A stretch of 64,000 bases of DNA from Bacilli bacterium (GTDB lineage: Bacteria > Bacillota_I > Bacilli_A > RF39 > UBA660): positions 94,386-158,385 of the forward strand of contig JAQUYH010000001.1 of the NCBI GenBank assembly GCA_028691955.1, in the 5' to 3' direction. This document shows positions 1 to 10,643 of this stretch, one piece after another. A program made the position numbers and the translations under genes. Each line of letters starts with the position of its first letter. Position 1 is the first letter of the stretch. The notes under the pieces were generated by a model, which worked only from the letters and a program-made list of their open reading frames with translations, made no database searches and was not told the DNA's origin.

Positions 1-85
1 ATTATGGGCTTTATTGATCAATTTAGAGAAGAACTACCAATGGAATATGCAGTGGAACTAAATGCACTTCTAAAGAATTATTTTT
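1..85 (+). CDS. 3' end of an upstream gene (partial, product unknown)
   Basis: open frame enters from the window edge and ends at TAA 83-85 (…ELPMEYAVELNALLKNYF*). Confidence 0.3.
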
Positions 86-97
86 AAAGGAGAAAAT

Positions 98-406
98 ATG
101 AAAAAATTATTGATTATGGTTGCTTGCTTGCTATTAATCACAGGTTGTGGATCAAATACTAATAAGTTAGAAGAAGAATTAACAATAATTGGAAACGATT
201 ATTACTCAAAATACATGATCGGGAATAATTTAGATATAGCTGTAATATCTCTTAAAGACTTTCGTGAAGTCAATGAAAACATGGGTGAAGACTATGATTT
301 ATCCCTATTTAAAAATTGTGATGAAAGTACAAATATTAAAATTTACTTAAAAAGTGGTACAACTCAAATAGAAAAATACGAATTTGAATTAAATTGTGAA
401 AATTAA
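98..406 (+). CDS. putative lipoprotein
   Basis: RBS AGGAGAAAA; signal peptide with lipobox LITGC. Confidence 0.6.
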   Translation: MKKLLIMVACLLLITGCGSNTNKLEEELTIIGNDYYSKYMIGNNLDIAVISLKDFREVNENMGEDYDLSLFKNCDESTNIKIYLKSGTTQIEKYEFELNCEN

Positions 407-560
407 AGTTTTTAAAAATTATAAAAAGATTGTAAGCAAATAATATAGTTTTATTAAAAAAAAATATATTATTTGTTTTTTTGATATATAAAAATAGTTC
501 ATATTTTCTATTTGCTAACAAATTAAAAACAAGATATTATCTCTACAGAAAGGAGGAAAA

Positions 561-902
561 ATGTTAAATCAAACAGTAATAGTAGGAAGATTAGTAGCAG
601 ACCCACAAATATATGAAACTGAAAATGGCAGCAAAGTATCTCACGTTACAGTAGCTGTTCCAAGAAGTTTCAAAAATATTGAAGGAGAATATGATACTGA
701 TTACATATCTTGTGTTTTATGGAGAGGAGTAGCTGAAAATACTGCAACTTATTGTAAGAAAGGAGATTTAGTTGGAGTAAGAGGCAGATTACAAACAAGA
801 GAATTTGAAGTAGAAGAAGAAAAAAGAAAAACATTAGAAGTTGTTGCCGAAAAAATAACGTTCCTATCATCAAAAAGAAAAGAGCCACTAGAAGAAGACT
901 AA
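561..902 (+). CDS. ssb: single-stranded DNA-binding protein, short SsbB-type (113 aa, no C-terminal DDDIPF tail)
   Basis: RBS AAGGAGGAA; OB-fold SSB signature (VIVGRLVADP…GDLVGVRGRLQTREF). Confidence 0.7.
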   Translation: MLNQTVIVGRLVADPQIYETENGSKVSHVTVAVPRSFKNIEGEYDTDYISCVLWRGVAENTATYCKKGDLVGVRGRLQTREFEVEEEKRKTLEVVAEKITFLSSKRKEPLEED

Positions 903-960
903 AAAATATAGTCTTTTTTTTATGAATGTGTTAAAATGTTATAAGAATTTAGGAGAAAAA

Positions 961-1131
961 ATGAAAAAGAATTATATTACATTATTATCAGCTGCTTTCC
1001 CATATATTGGACTACCTTTATACTTTGCAAACAAAGAAGAGAAAAAACTTGCAAAACAAATTTTGCAAGCTACAATTTTAGGCTTTATTCTAGAAGTATT
1101 AATAGGTTACTTAATTAAATACTTTGTTTAA
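961..1131 (+). CDS. small membrane protein (hypothetical)
   Basis: internal ATG with RBS AGGAGAAAAA; hydrophobic segments. The track ORF starts earlier at 922. Confidence 0.4.
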   Translation: MKKNYITLLSAAFPYIGLPLYFANKEEKKLAKQILQATILGFILEVLIGYLIKYFV

Positions 1132-1336
1132 TTTTATAATCATTATAGAATATATCATCTGGTTTTAAATTAAATATTATAGAAATCTTTATAGCCATAT
1201 TATAAGATAAAGTTCTAGTGCCATTTTCTATTTGCCAATAAAAAGTCTTACTTATACCTAAAAAATCTGCCATATCTTGTGTTGTATAATTAAATTTAAG
1301 ACGAATTGTTTTTAATTTATTCATACTATTCACCAA
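1115..1336 (-). CDS. XRE-family helix-turn-helix transcriptional regulator (Cro-like, 73 aa)
   Basis: HTH_3-type motif QDMADFLGISKTFYWQIENG; divergent from the second XRE gene. Confidence 0.7.
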   Translation of the reverse strand: MVNSMNKLKTIRLKFNYTTQDMADFLGISKTFYWQIENGTRTLSYNMAIKISIIFNLKPDDIFYNDYKIKQSI

Positions 1337-1458
1337 TATAATTTTATATTAACTTTAAGTTAATTACAACAATATTTTCACTTTTAGTTAACTTTGACAA
1401 TATTTATTATTATTTAGATATAATAATATTAACAAATGGCTAACAAGGATGTGAAATT

Positions 1459-1812
1459 ATGATTATAGGTGAAAGAGTAAAACAAGCTAGAATTGAAAAA
1501 GGTTATACACAAGGAGAACTAGGCAAAATAATAGGCGTTTCAAAGGTATCAGTTTGTGGTTATGAAACTGGTAATCGTACTCCAACAATTGATGTACTAA
1601 TTAAATTAATAGAAACATTAGATATAAGCAGTGACTATTTGATTGGTAATGATATAAGAGTAGTAAGTGAAGAAGAAGAACCATATCAAATGATGATAGC
1701 CAAAGAAGATTTAAAAATACTACAAGCCATAAAAAACAATCAAGCTTTATACAATCAATTATACAAAGATCCAGAGCGAACAATTAAACTAATAAATCGC
1801 AAATTAAAATAG
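1459..1812 (+). CDS. XRE-family helix-turn-helix transcriptional regulator (cI-like N-domain, 117 aa)
   Basis: RVKQARIEKGYTQGELGKIIGVSKVSVCGYETG HTH motif. Confidence 0.75.
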   Translation: MIIGERVKQARIEKGYTQGELGKIIGVSKVSVCGYETGNRTPTIDVLIKLIETLDISSDYLIGNDIRVVSEEEEPYQMMIAKEDLKILQAIKNNQALYNQLYKDPERTIKLINRKLK

Positions 1813-1898
1813 ATTTTATCTATTTTTTTTGTTTAATATATAGTATAATAAATAAGTAATTACAGTTTATTTTAATAAATTTGTATTAAGGAGGATTT

Positions 1899-2189
1899 AT
1901 GGAAATGTTAAACAAAAATGATGTTTATCATGTTGCAAATTTAGCAAAATTAGCACTTGATGAAGAAGATGCAGAAAAGTATCATGGACAGTTAAATGAT
2001 ATTTTGACAGAAATAGAAAAAATAGAAACAGTTGATATAAAAGAGCAAGATATAATGATATCCTCTTCTAATAATACAAATAGATTCAGTAACGGATCAA
2101 CAACACATATTTCAAAAGATGAAGTTTTGGCTAGAGCTTCAAGAACTAATGGTGACTTTATAGTAGTAAGTAGTGTATTTAATGACTAA
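1899..2189 (+). CDS. gatC: Asp-tRNA(Asn)/Glu-tRNA(Gln) amidotransferase subunit C
   Basis: RBS AGGAGG; about 96 aa; classic GatC N-terminus; overlaps gatA. Confidence 0.8.
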   Translation: MEMLNKNDVYHVANLAKLALDEEDAEKYHGQLNDILTEIEKIETVDIKEQDIMISSSNNTNRFSNGSTTHISKDEVLARASRTNGDFIVVSSVFND

Positions 2190-3612
2190 TTATTTAAGTT
2201 TATCAGTAAAAGAAATTCACAAGTTATTAATAGATAAAAAAACCGTGCCATTAGATTTAGTTAAAGAAGCCTTAGAAAAAATAGAGAACAGTAATTTAAA
2301 TTCCTTTATAACAATAAATGAGAGTGCTTTAGAAGAAGCAAAATCTTTAGAAGGATTAAATATAGATAATCCTTTATTTGGAATACCTGTTGCTATAAAA
2401 GATAATATATCAACAAAGAATTTAAGAACAACTTGTGCATCACATATGTTAGAAAACTACGTGCCTTTATATGATGCTACAGTAATTGAAAAAATAAAAG
2501 AAAAACACATGATTATAATTGGAAAAACCAATATGGATGAGTTTGCTATGGGTTCAACTGGTGAAACTAGTTACTTTGGAAATACTTTAAGCCCACTTGA
2601 TAATACATTAGTGCCAGGTGGATCTTCCTCAGGCAGTGCAGCATCAGTTGCCGCCAACATTGTTCCAGTAGCTTTAGGTTCAGATACAGGTGGCTCAATT
2701 AGACAGCCATCTAGCTTTTGTGGCATTGTTGGATTAAAGCCTACTTATGGTAGAGTATCAAGATATGGTTTAATAGCTTTCGCATCAAGTTTAGATCAAA
2801 TTGGACCAATTACTAGAAACGTTTATGATAACGCACTAATGCTAAATATAATAAGTGGAATGGATGAGAAAGATCAAACAAGTAGCGAAAAAGAAGTTGA
2901 AGACTTTACAAAAAAAATAGGAAAAGACATAAAAGAATTAAAAATAGCTGTTCCAAACTTTTATATGGGAAATGCCATCAATGAAGAAGTGAAAAATAGT
3001 GTTAAAAATATAATAAACTTGTTAGAACAGCAAGGTGTTAAAATAGATTATATTGATATGCCATATTTAGAATATGCCATACCTTTATATCAAACAATCG
3101 CCTTAGGTGAAGCATCAAGCAACTTAGCTAGATTTGATGGAATAAAATATGGTTATTCAACAGAAGAAACCCTTGATATTGACACCTTTGTAAAAAAGAC
3201 TAGAAGCATTGGCTTTGGTAATGAAGTAAAAAGAAGAATCATGATAGGATCTTACGTTTTAAGTGGTAAAAATGCTGATAAATATTATATAAAAGCCTTA
3301 AAACTAAGAAAAGAATTAACTAATAGTTTTAAGAAAGTTTTTGAAAAATATGATCTAATAATAGGACCAACTAATACTAATGTTGCTTATAAATTAGGAG
3401 TTAAACAAGATGACGCTTTAAAAAGTTTTTATGATGATTTATTAACTATACCAGTTAATATGGCAGGACTACCTGCAATATCAATTCCAATTGGTTACAA
3501 CAGTGAAAAGCTGCCTATTGGAATGCATATAATTGGCAACTATTTTAAAGAAGACGTTATTTATCAATTAGCTAGTTATATAGAAGAAAATAGAGGTGAT
3601 GCTAAATGTTAA
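2173..3612 (+). CDS. gatA: Asp-tRNA(Asn)/Glu-tRNA(Gln) amidotransferase subunit A
   Basis: amidase signature GGSSSGSAA…GSDTGGSIRQP. Confidence 0.9.
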   Translation: MYLMTNYLSLSVKEIHKLLIDKKTVPLDLVKEALEKIENSNLNSFITINESALEEAKSLEGLNIDNPLFGIPVAIKDNISTKNLRTTCASHMLENYVPLYDATVIEKIKEKHMIIIGKTNMDEFAMGSTGETSYFGNTLSPLDNTLVPGGSSSGSAASVAANIVPVALGSDTGGSIRQPSSFCGIVGLKPTYGRVSRYGLIAFASSLDQIGPITRNVYDNALMLNIISGMDEKDQTSSEKEVEDFTKKIGKDIKELKIAVPNFYMGNAINEEVKNSVKNIINLLEQQGVKIDYIDMPYLEYAIPLYQTIALGEASSNLARFDGIKYGYSTEETLDIDTFVKKTRSIGFGNEVKRRIMIGSYVLSGKNADKYYIKALKLRKELTNSFKKVFEKYDLIIGPTNTNVAYKLGVKQDDALKSFYDDLLTIPVNMAGLPAISIPIGYNSEKLPIGMHIIGNYFKEDVIYQLASYIEENRGDAKC

Positions 3613-5015
3613 AGCCAACTATTGGAATAGAAGTACACGTTGAATTAAATAGCAAAAATAAAGTGTTTTCAAATAGTATTAATAGTTTTAAAGAAGCACC
3701 AAATACTAATATTTCAGAAATAGATATAGCTTACCCTGGAACACTTCCAACATTAAATAAAGAAGTTCTAGAAATGGCTTTAAAAGCTGCTTTAGCCCTT
3801 AACTGTAACATAAACAAACACATGCATTTTGATAGAAAAAATTACTTCTATCCAGATTTACCCAAGGGTTATCAGATAACACAAAAGAATACTCCAATAG
3901 GTTATGATGGTTATATTGAAATAAATGTTCAAGGAGAAACCAAAAGAATAGAAATAGAACGTGTTCACATAGAGGAAGATACTTGTAAAAGTATTCATTA
4001 CAATAAAGAAACATTCTTAAACTATAATAGAGCTGGAGTTCCTTTAATTGAAATAGTAACAAAACCAGTTATCAAAAGTTCAGAAGAAGCTGTTTTATAT
4101 ATTGAATCCTTAAGAGAGCAACTACTTTATTTAAATATAAGTGATGTTAAAATAGAAGAAGGCAGCATGAGATGCGATGCTAATGTATCACTTAGTGATA
4201 ATGATATATTAGGTACAAAAACAGAAATAAAAAATATTGGTTCAATTACTAACGTTGGGTTAAGTATTGAGTATGAAATAAATAGACAAAAAGATTTAAT
4301 AGAAAATGGCATTAAAATTGTTGAAGAAACAAGAAAATTTGATGATAAGTCAAGACAAACAATATTAATGCGTACAAAAGAAACAGGAAACGATTATAGA
4401 TATTTTCCAGAACCAGATTTAGCGTTTGTTGATTTAACTGATGAGTATATAAACAAAGTTAAATCTAACCTGCCAGTTTTGCCAAATACAATTAGGCAAA
4501 AATACATAGAAGCTGGAATTAATAATCACAATATAAAAACAATTATATCTAATAAAGATATATGTGATTTTTACGAAATAATATTTGATAAAGTTGCTCC
4601 AGAATTAGCTGCCAATATTCTTACTGGTGATATAATTAAAGAGTTAAATAAAAATCATATTAGTATAAAAGAAAGCAAACTAACAGGCGAAGAATTTATT
4701 AATTTAATTAAAGCCCTTGAAAATAATAAGATATCGTCAAAGCAGTGTAAAGACTTAATCCCACTTATAATGAGTGGTGAAAAAGTAGAAAAGTTAATTA
4801 GTAATAGCAGCTTTCAATTAATAACAGATAAAACAGAACTGTCTGATATTATAGATAAAGTATTAGCAAATAACCCTGTTTCAATAGAAGATTATAAGGC
4901 CGGCAAAGATAGAGCGGTTAAGTATTTGATGGGTCAAATTATGAAAGAATCACAAGGAAAAGCTGATCCCAAAACAGTATCAGTAGAACTGATAAGTAAA
5001 TTAAAAAGTTTGTAA
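3606..5015 (+). CDS. gatB: Asp-tRNA(Asn)/Glu-tRNA(Gln) amidotransferase subunit B
   Basis: GatB/GatE catalytic-domain motifs and a C-terminal YqeY-like domain; overlaps gatA. Confidence 0.9.
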   Translation: MLKPTIGIEVHVELNSKNKVFSNSINSFKEAPNTNISEIDIAYPGTLPTLNKEVLEMALKAALALNCNINKHMHFDRKNYFYPDLPKGYQITQKNTPIGYDGYIEINVQGETKRIEIERVHIEEDTCKSIHYNKETFLNYNRAGVPLIEIVTKPVIKSSEEAVLYIESLREQLLYLNISDVKIEEGSMRCDANVSLSDNDILGTKTEIKNIGSITNVGLSIEYEINRQKDLIENGIKIVEETRKFDDKSRQTILMRTKETGNDYRYFPEPDLAFVDLTDEYINKVKSNLPVLPNTIRQKYIEAGINNHNIKTIISNKDICDFYEIIFDKVAPELAANILTGDIIKELNKNHISIKESKLTGEEFINLIKALENNKISSKQCKDLIPLIMSGEKVEKLISNSSFQLITDKTELSDIIDKVLANNPVSIEDYKAGKDRAVKYLMGQIMKESQGKADPKTVSVELISKLKSL

Positions 5016-5055
5016 TTGTATTTTTAATATAGTATAATTTAATTGAGGTGAAAAA

Positions 5056-5508
5056 ATGAAATTCATAAAAGAAAATAAAGTACTATCAATTGCTATTCTT
5101 ATTTTCTTAATTTTAATGATTTTTGCTGGAGTAGGATTATATAAAATTATTATTCCTGACAGCGGTGAGAGTTTATATGGTAATAGATTAGATGGAATAG
5201 AATCTGTTCCAATTAGTGAAGAAACTATAAGTGAAATTAAATCAGAAATAATTGCAACTGAAAAAGTTGAAACAGTAGAATATGATTTAAAAGGAAAGCT
5301 TGCTAATTTTATGATTACTGTTAAAGCGGATACAGATAAAGTTAGTGCTGAAGCATTAACTGATAAAATTTTGAGTAATTTAACTGATGAACAAAAAGAT
5401 TTTTATGATATCCAGATTTTTTTAGCAACGACTGAAGAAAGCGAAATTTATCCGATTATAGGATACAAACACACAACATCATTAAACTTTACATGGTCTA
5501 ATAATTAA
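5056..5508 (+). CDS. membrane-anchored hypothetical protein
   Basis: RBS GAGGTG; single N-terminal TM. Confidence 0.5.
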   Translation: MKFIKENKVLSIAILIFLILMIFAGVGLYKIIIPDSGESLYGNRLDGIESVPISEETISEIKSEIIATEKVETVEYDLKGKLANFMITVKADTDKVSAEALTDKILSNLTDEQKDFYDIQIFLATTEESEIYPIIGYKHTTSLNFTWSNN

Positions 5509-5521
5509 CAAAGGTGGTAAT

Positions 5522-7576
5522 ATGAAAAATAATAAAGCAATTATTATTTCAATAATTGTAATAATACTATTAGCTATATCCTCGGTAGTATATTATGTTT
5601 ATACTAAAGAAGATAGCGATACAACACTAAATTTAATCGATAAAAAATGGATAGAGAGCAACAAAAACAAAGTATTTGACATATCAGTAATAAACAATAT
5701 TCCAATATTTAATTATAAAGGAGATGGGATATTCTTTGACTTTATTAATGATATTGAAAGTGATACAGAATTAGATTTTAATCCAATATCTTATAATTAT
5801 AGTGAAGAAGTTCCATCAGAATATTCATTTGGAATTAAAAAAGAATTAGCGGAAAATGATATTTTAATCTATGAAGATAATTATGTTTTAGTATCAAATA
5901 ATAGCAACAAATATGACTATCTAGATGATGTAAAAAATATAAATATAGGTGTTTTAAACGATGACTTGGAGTATGTCAATGAATATATAAATACATCAGT
6001 TACATTTCAAACATTCAACACAATTGATAAATTGTTTGCTGCTATAACAAGTGAAGATAAAACAGTGGATGCTATAAGTATACCAAGAACCGTTTATCTT
6101 GACCGAGTTATAGCTAATGCTAATTTAAATATCGTATATAATATATCTGATTTAAAAGAATATTATGTTTTAACTCTAGGATCAGAAGAAAAGCTAAATA
6201 CTATTATTACAAAATATCTAAATAATTGGCTAGATAAAAACTATGATGCACTATATAAAGAACATTTAAATGAGAATTATTTTTCATTTAAAAAAGTAGA
6301 CGAAACAAGTAAAGCTAAATTTAAAGGAAAAACATATATATATGGTTTCGTAAATAACCCACCATATGATTTATTGTATGATTCAAAGCTATTTGGTCTA
6401 AATATTGATGTAATAAAAGGCTTTACTGATTTAGCAGGAATAGACCTTACAATTGAAAAATATAGTAGCGATGATTCTTTGATTACAGCATTCAATGAAA
6501 ACAAAGTAGATTTCCTTTTCAATACAGTAAAAGATACTGATTATGCAATGGATACATATAAAACAACATCAACAGCTAACGAAAGATTAGTGATTGTATC
6601 AAGTATTACTAACAATATGACGGTTAATTCTATAAACTCAATTAAAGAAAAAGAAATAATGGTAGTAGAAAACAGCAAAATAAGTAGCATGTTAGAATCA
6701 AACGGAAACAAAATAAAAACTTACAGTAATATGTCAGATTTATTAGAAAATGTTAAAAAAGATTCCATAATTGCTATGGATTACTACACATATTACTATT
6801 ATAATAAAACCAAATTATGCGGATATAAGATAGATTATCTATTCAAATTAAATGATGAATATCAATATTTAATGCGTGACATATCTGATAATATCGTATT
6901 CAATGAATATTTTAATTTCTATTTATCTTTTATAAATGAAAGAGAATTTAATAATAATACTTTTGTTAAAATATTATCTTTAAAAGAAGAAAAGCCAATT
7001 AACTTATTTGTATTAATATCATGCATCTTAATATTTATACTATTGGTATTAATCGTTTTCTTAAAGAAAATATTATTTAAAAAGAGAAGAAATAAAAAGA
7101 ACGTATCTATGTCAAAAGCAGATAAATTAAAATATATTGATGTTTTAACATCTCTAAAGAATAGAAATTACTTAAATGACCATATAGAAATATGGGATGA
7201 TAGTAATGTTTATCCTCAAGCTATTGTTATATTTGATTTAAACAATGTGGCTTATATTAATGATAATTATGGTCATCAAGAAGGTGACAATGTTATAAAA
7301 GAAGCAGCCAACATATTAATAAAAAATCAAATAACAAACACCGACATTATTAGAACAAGTGGTAATGAATTCCTAGTATATATGGTAGGATATGATGAAA
7401 AACAAATAGCATCCTACATAAAAAAAGTAATGAAAGAATTAAAAGAATTGCCTCATGGCTTTGGAGCGGCAGCAGGATATAGTATCACAACAGATGCTAT
7501 CAAAACCGTAGATGATGCTGTTAATGAAGCGACAATTGATATGAGAAATAACAAAGAAGAATCTAGCACAAACTAG
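5522..7576 (+). CDS. membrane sensor protein with a periplasmic solute-binding-like domain and a C-terminal degenerate GGDEF domain (SGNEF)
   Basis: N-terminal TM, roughly 480-aa extracytoplasmic region, second TM, then GGDEF-fold motifs (FDLNNVAYINDNYGHQEGDNVIK…RTSGNEF). Confidence 0.75.
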   Translation: MKNNKAIIISIIVIILLAISSVVYYVYTKEDSDTTLNLIDKKWIESNKNKVFDISVINNIPIFNYKGDGIFFDFINDIESDTELDFNPISYNYSEEVPSEYSFGIKKELAENDILIYEDNYVLVSNNSNKYDYLDDVKNINIGVLNDDLEYVNEYINTSVTFQTFNTIDKLFAAITSEDKTVDAISIPRTVYLDRVIANANLNIVYNISDLKEYYVLTLGSEEKLNTIITKYLNNWLDKNYDALYKEHLNENYFSFKKVDETSKAKFKGKTYIYGFVNNPPYDLLYDSKLFGLNIDVIKGFTDLAGIDLTIEKYSSDDSLITAFNENKVDFLFNTVKDTDYAMDTYKTTSTANERLVIVSSITNNMTVNSINSIKEKEIMVVENSKISSMLESNGNKIKTYSNMSDLLENVKKDSIIAMDYYTYYYYNKTKLCGYKIDYLFKLNDEYQYLMRDISDNIVFNEYFNFYLSFINEREFNNNTFVKILSLKEEKPINLFVLISCILIFILLVLIVFLKKILFKKRRNKKNVSMSKADKLKYIDVLTSLKNRNYLNDHIEIWDDSNVYPQAIVIFDLNNVAYINDNYGHQEGDNVIKEAANILIKNQITNTDIIRTSGNEFLVYMVGYDEKQIASYIKKVMKELKELPHGFGAAAGYSITTDAIKTVDDAVNEATIDMRNNKEESSTN

Positions 7577-7586
7577 ATTCTTTTTA
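7558..7586 (+). terminator. rho-independent terminator
   Basis: AGAATCTAG-CACAAA-CTAGATTCT then T5. Confidence 0.6.
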
Positions 7587-7633
7587 TATGAAAAATATGA
7601 TATAATATTTACATTATTAAAAAGAGGTGTTTT

Positions 7634-9283
7634 ATGACAAATAAGGAATATAGTAATATAGTAATACCAGAAATTTCAAAGGACTGGACATACTATGAAA
7701 ACAAATATCCAGAAAGAAATCTAGAAAAATGTGCAATGGTTACAAGATTTGCTCCAAGCCCAACCGGATTTGTACATATGGGAAGCTTATATACATCATT
7801 CTCTGATTTGCAAATGGCTAAGCAAACAAATGGAGTAGCCTATCTTAGAATTGAAGATACTGATGGAAAAAGAACAGTTGAAAATGGTGTTGAAGGAATA
7901 ATAAATGACTTTAAGAGTTTAAATATAACTTGGGATGAAGGTCCAACACAAGGTGGCGCCTATGGACCATATATTCAAAGCGAACGTATGGATATATATA
8001 AAGCTTTTGCCAAAAAATTAATAGAAGAAGAAAAAGCATATCCTTGTTTTATGACAGAAGACGAAATAAATCAAGTAAGAACAATGCAAGAAGTTGGAAA
8101 ACTTAGAATTGGTATATATGGAACTTACTCAAAATATCGTAATTTAGGTAAAGAAGAAGCGATAGCAAAAATCAAAGCCGATACTCCTTACATAATTAGG
8201 TTCAAATCAAATGGAAACTTTGAAAACAAAATCATTTTAGATGACTTAATAAAAGGTAAAATTGAAATGCCAGAAAATGATCAAGATATTGTTATTATTA
8301 AATCAGATGGCCTTCCAACTTATCACTTTGCCCATGTAGTAGATGACCATTTAATGCGTACAACTCATGTGATAAGAGGAGATGAGTGGGTATCATCATA
8401 TCCAATACACGATGAATTATTTAAATCACTAGGCTTTAAATTACCTTACTTTGCTCATATAGCTCCTATAACAATAAAAGAAGGAGAAGCAATAAGAAAA
8501 TTAAGCAAAAGAAAAGATAAAGAAGCAGCAATTAGCTATTATAGTCAAAAAGGAATACCAGCTGATGTTATTAAATTATATTTAGCAACTGTAAATAACT
8601 CTGGGTTTGAAGATTGGTACACTAGAAATCCTAATTTAACAATAGATGATTATACATTTGAATTTTCTAAAATGCCTATAGGTGGCTCATTATTTGATAT
8701 AGAAAAATTAAATAGTATATCTAGAATATACTTTAGTAGTCTAACCGCAGCTAAAATATATGATGGATTAAAAGAATATACAGAAACTTACGATAAAGAA
8801 TTTAATGAAATTGTTAAAAGAGAAAAAGAATACACAACTAATGTTTTAAATATTGAAAGAAATATAGCAAAGCCAAGAAAAGATATATCTTCATATAGTG
8901 ATATTAAAGATCTTAATTGGTACATGTTTGATGAACTTTTTTTTGAAAAAGAAAAGAATTATGAATTTCAAAAAATTAACGATAAAAATGAAATTGCTAA
9001 TATAATAAAAGAATACTTTAATTCATATTTTGATTTAAACGATGATAAAGATACATGGTTTAATAAAGTAAAACTGCTTTGTGATAAATTAGGATATGCC
9101 TCAAACATGAAAGAATTTAAACAAAATCCTGATATCTTTAAAGGAAATGTATCTGATATAGCAACAGTTATTAGAGTTTCTTTAACTACAAAGAGTCAAA
9201 CACCAGATTTGTATGAAATAATGCAAGTTATGGGAATGGACAGAATAAATAAAAGAATAGACTATTTAAATAACAACAGATAA
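7634..9283 (+). CDS. gltX: glutamate--tRNA ligase, probably non-discriminating given gatCAB
   Basis: RFAPSPTG, HMGS (HIGH) and KLSKR (KMSKS) class-I motifs. Confidence 0.85.
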   Translation: MTNKEYSNIVIPEISKDWTYYENKYPERNLEKCAMVTRFAPSPTGFVHMGSLYTSFSDLQMAKQTNGVAYLRIEDTDGKRTVENGVEGIINDFKSLNITWDEGPTQGGAYGPYIQSERMDIYKAFAKKLIEEEKAYPCFMTEDEINQVRTMQEVGKLRIGIYGTYSKYRNLGKEEAIAKIKADTPYIIRFKSNGNFENKIILDDLIKGKIEMPENDQDIVIIKSDGLPTYHFAHVVDDHLMRTTHVIRGDEWVSSYPIHDELFKSLGFKLPYFAHIAPITIKEGEAIRKLSKRKDKEAAISYYSQKGIPADVIKLYLATVNNSGFEDWYTRNPNLTIDDYTFEFSKMPIGGSLFDIEKLNSISRIYFSSLTAAKIYDGLKEYTETYDKEFNEIVKREKEYTTNVLNIERNIAKPRKDISSYSDIKDLNWYMFDELFFEKEKNYEFQKINDKNEIANIIKEYFNSYFDLNDDKDTWFNKVKLLCDKLGYASNMKEFKQNPDIFKGNVSDIATVIRVSLTTKSQTPDLYEIMQVMGMDRINKRIDYLNNNR

Positions 9284-9308
9284 ATATGAGAAAAATCTCA
9301 TATTTTTT
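9284..9308 (+). terminator. rho-independent terminator after gltX
   Basis: ATATGAGA-AAAA-TCTCATAT then T5. Confidence 0.6.
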
Positions 9309-9370
9309 AATTAAACTATCTTTTTTATAAAATTTATTGTAAAATTATATTAATAATACAGGAGGTTAAT

Positions 9371-10339
9371 ATGGGCATATTTGATAAATTAAAAAATGTA
9401 TTTAAAAAAGAAGAATTATCTTCTTATGATAAGGGCTTAGAAAAAGCAAGAAACAATTTTACTTCAAAACTAAATCTATTAAGCAACAAATATAAAAAAA
9501 TAAACGAGGAATACTTTGAAGAATTAGAGGAAATTTTAATTGAGGCAGATGTTGGAGTACAAACTGTTTTATCATTTACAGAAAAATTAAAAAAAAGAAT
9601 AAGCAAAGAAAAAATAGAAAACCCAAAAGATTTACTTGAAATCATTATTGATGAATTATTCATAATATACGTAAACAATGAAATAATAGAAAACAAAATT
9701 AATTTTGCAAAAGAAGGACCTACCGTAATCTTATTTGTTGGAGTTAATGGGGTAGGTAAAACTACAACCATAGGTAAATTAGCTTATCAACTACAAGAAA
9801 AAAACAAAAAAGTATTATTAGTAGCAGGAGATACTTTTAGAGCTGGGGCTATTGAACAAATACAAGAGTGGGCAAACAGAACCAATGTAAGAGTTATATC
9901 TAGTCCTGATAAAGATCCATCAAGTGTTATATATGATGGTATTACAATAGCCAAAGATGAAAAATATGACGTGGTTTTAATTGATACAGCTGGTAGACTT
10001 CAAAACAAATCAAACTTAATGAATGAGCTATCAAAAATAAACAAAGTTATAGATAGACTAGTACCAGGTGCTCCTCATGAAACATTGCTAGTGATTGATG
10101 CAACAACAGGGCAGAACGGAATTAGTCAAGCCAAGAGCTTTAAAGAGATAACTAATATTACAGGTATTGTTTTAACTAAATTAGATGGAACAGCAAAAGG
10201 TGGAATAGTTTTGGCTATTAAGAATGAAGTGGGAATACCGGTAAAATATATCGGCTTAGGTGAAAAAAAAGAAGACCTAAAAGTATTTGACATTGAAAAA
10301 TACATATATGGTTTATTTAAAGAAATGATAGATAGGTGA
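9371..10339 (+). CDS. ftsY: signal recognition particle receptor FtsY (NG domain)
   Basis: GVNGVGKTTTIGKLA, DTAGR and TKLDG GTPase motifs. Confidence 0.9.
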   Translation: MGIFDKLKNVFKKEELSSYDKGLEKARNNFTSKLNLLSNKYKKINEEYFEELEEILIEADVGVQTVLSFTEKLKKRISKEKIENPKDLLEIIIDELFIIYVNNEIIENKINFAKEGPTVILFVGVNGVGKTTTIGKLAYQLQEKNKKVLLVAGDTFRAGAIEQIQEWANRTNVRVISSPDKDPSSVIYDGITIAKDEKYDVVLIDTAGRLQNKSNLMNELSKINKVIDRLVPGAPHETLLVIDATTGQNGISQAKSFKEITNITGIVLTKLDGTAKGGIVLAIKNEVGIPVKYIGLGEKKEDLKVFDIEKYIYGLFKEMIDR

Positions 10340-10343
10340 TAAC

Positions 10344-10634
10344 ATGGAAAATAGATTATATTATATTAATTTATTTGACTATTATGGAGAATTATTAACT
10401 GATAAACAAAAAAATTATTTTATGGACTATTTTTTTGACAACTTAAGCTTAGCAGAAATTAGTGAAAATGAAAATATAAGTAGAAATGCTGTTCATAAAC
10501 AACTAAAAGAAGTTGAAAGAAAGTTAGATTATTTTGAAGAAAAATTAAATCTTTATGAGAAAGCAAATAAAATAAAAGAAGTAATAAAAGAACTAGATAA
10601 AGAAACAAGAAACATTATAGAAGAATTAATATAG
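10344..10634 (+). CDS. ylxM: UPF0122/YlxM putative DNA-binding protein (SRP-operon associated)
   Basis: sigma-70 region-4-like HTH; canonical position after ftsY. Confidence 0.7.
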   Translation: MENRLYYINLFDYYGELLTDKQKNYFMDYFFDNLSLAEISENENISRNAVHKQLKEVERKLDYFEEKLNLYEKANKIKEVIKELDKETRNIIEELI

Positions 10635-10643
10635 GGAGGAATT

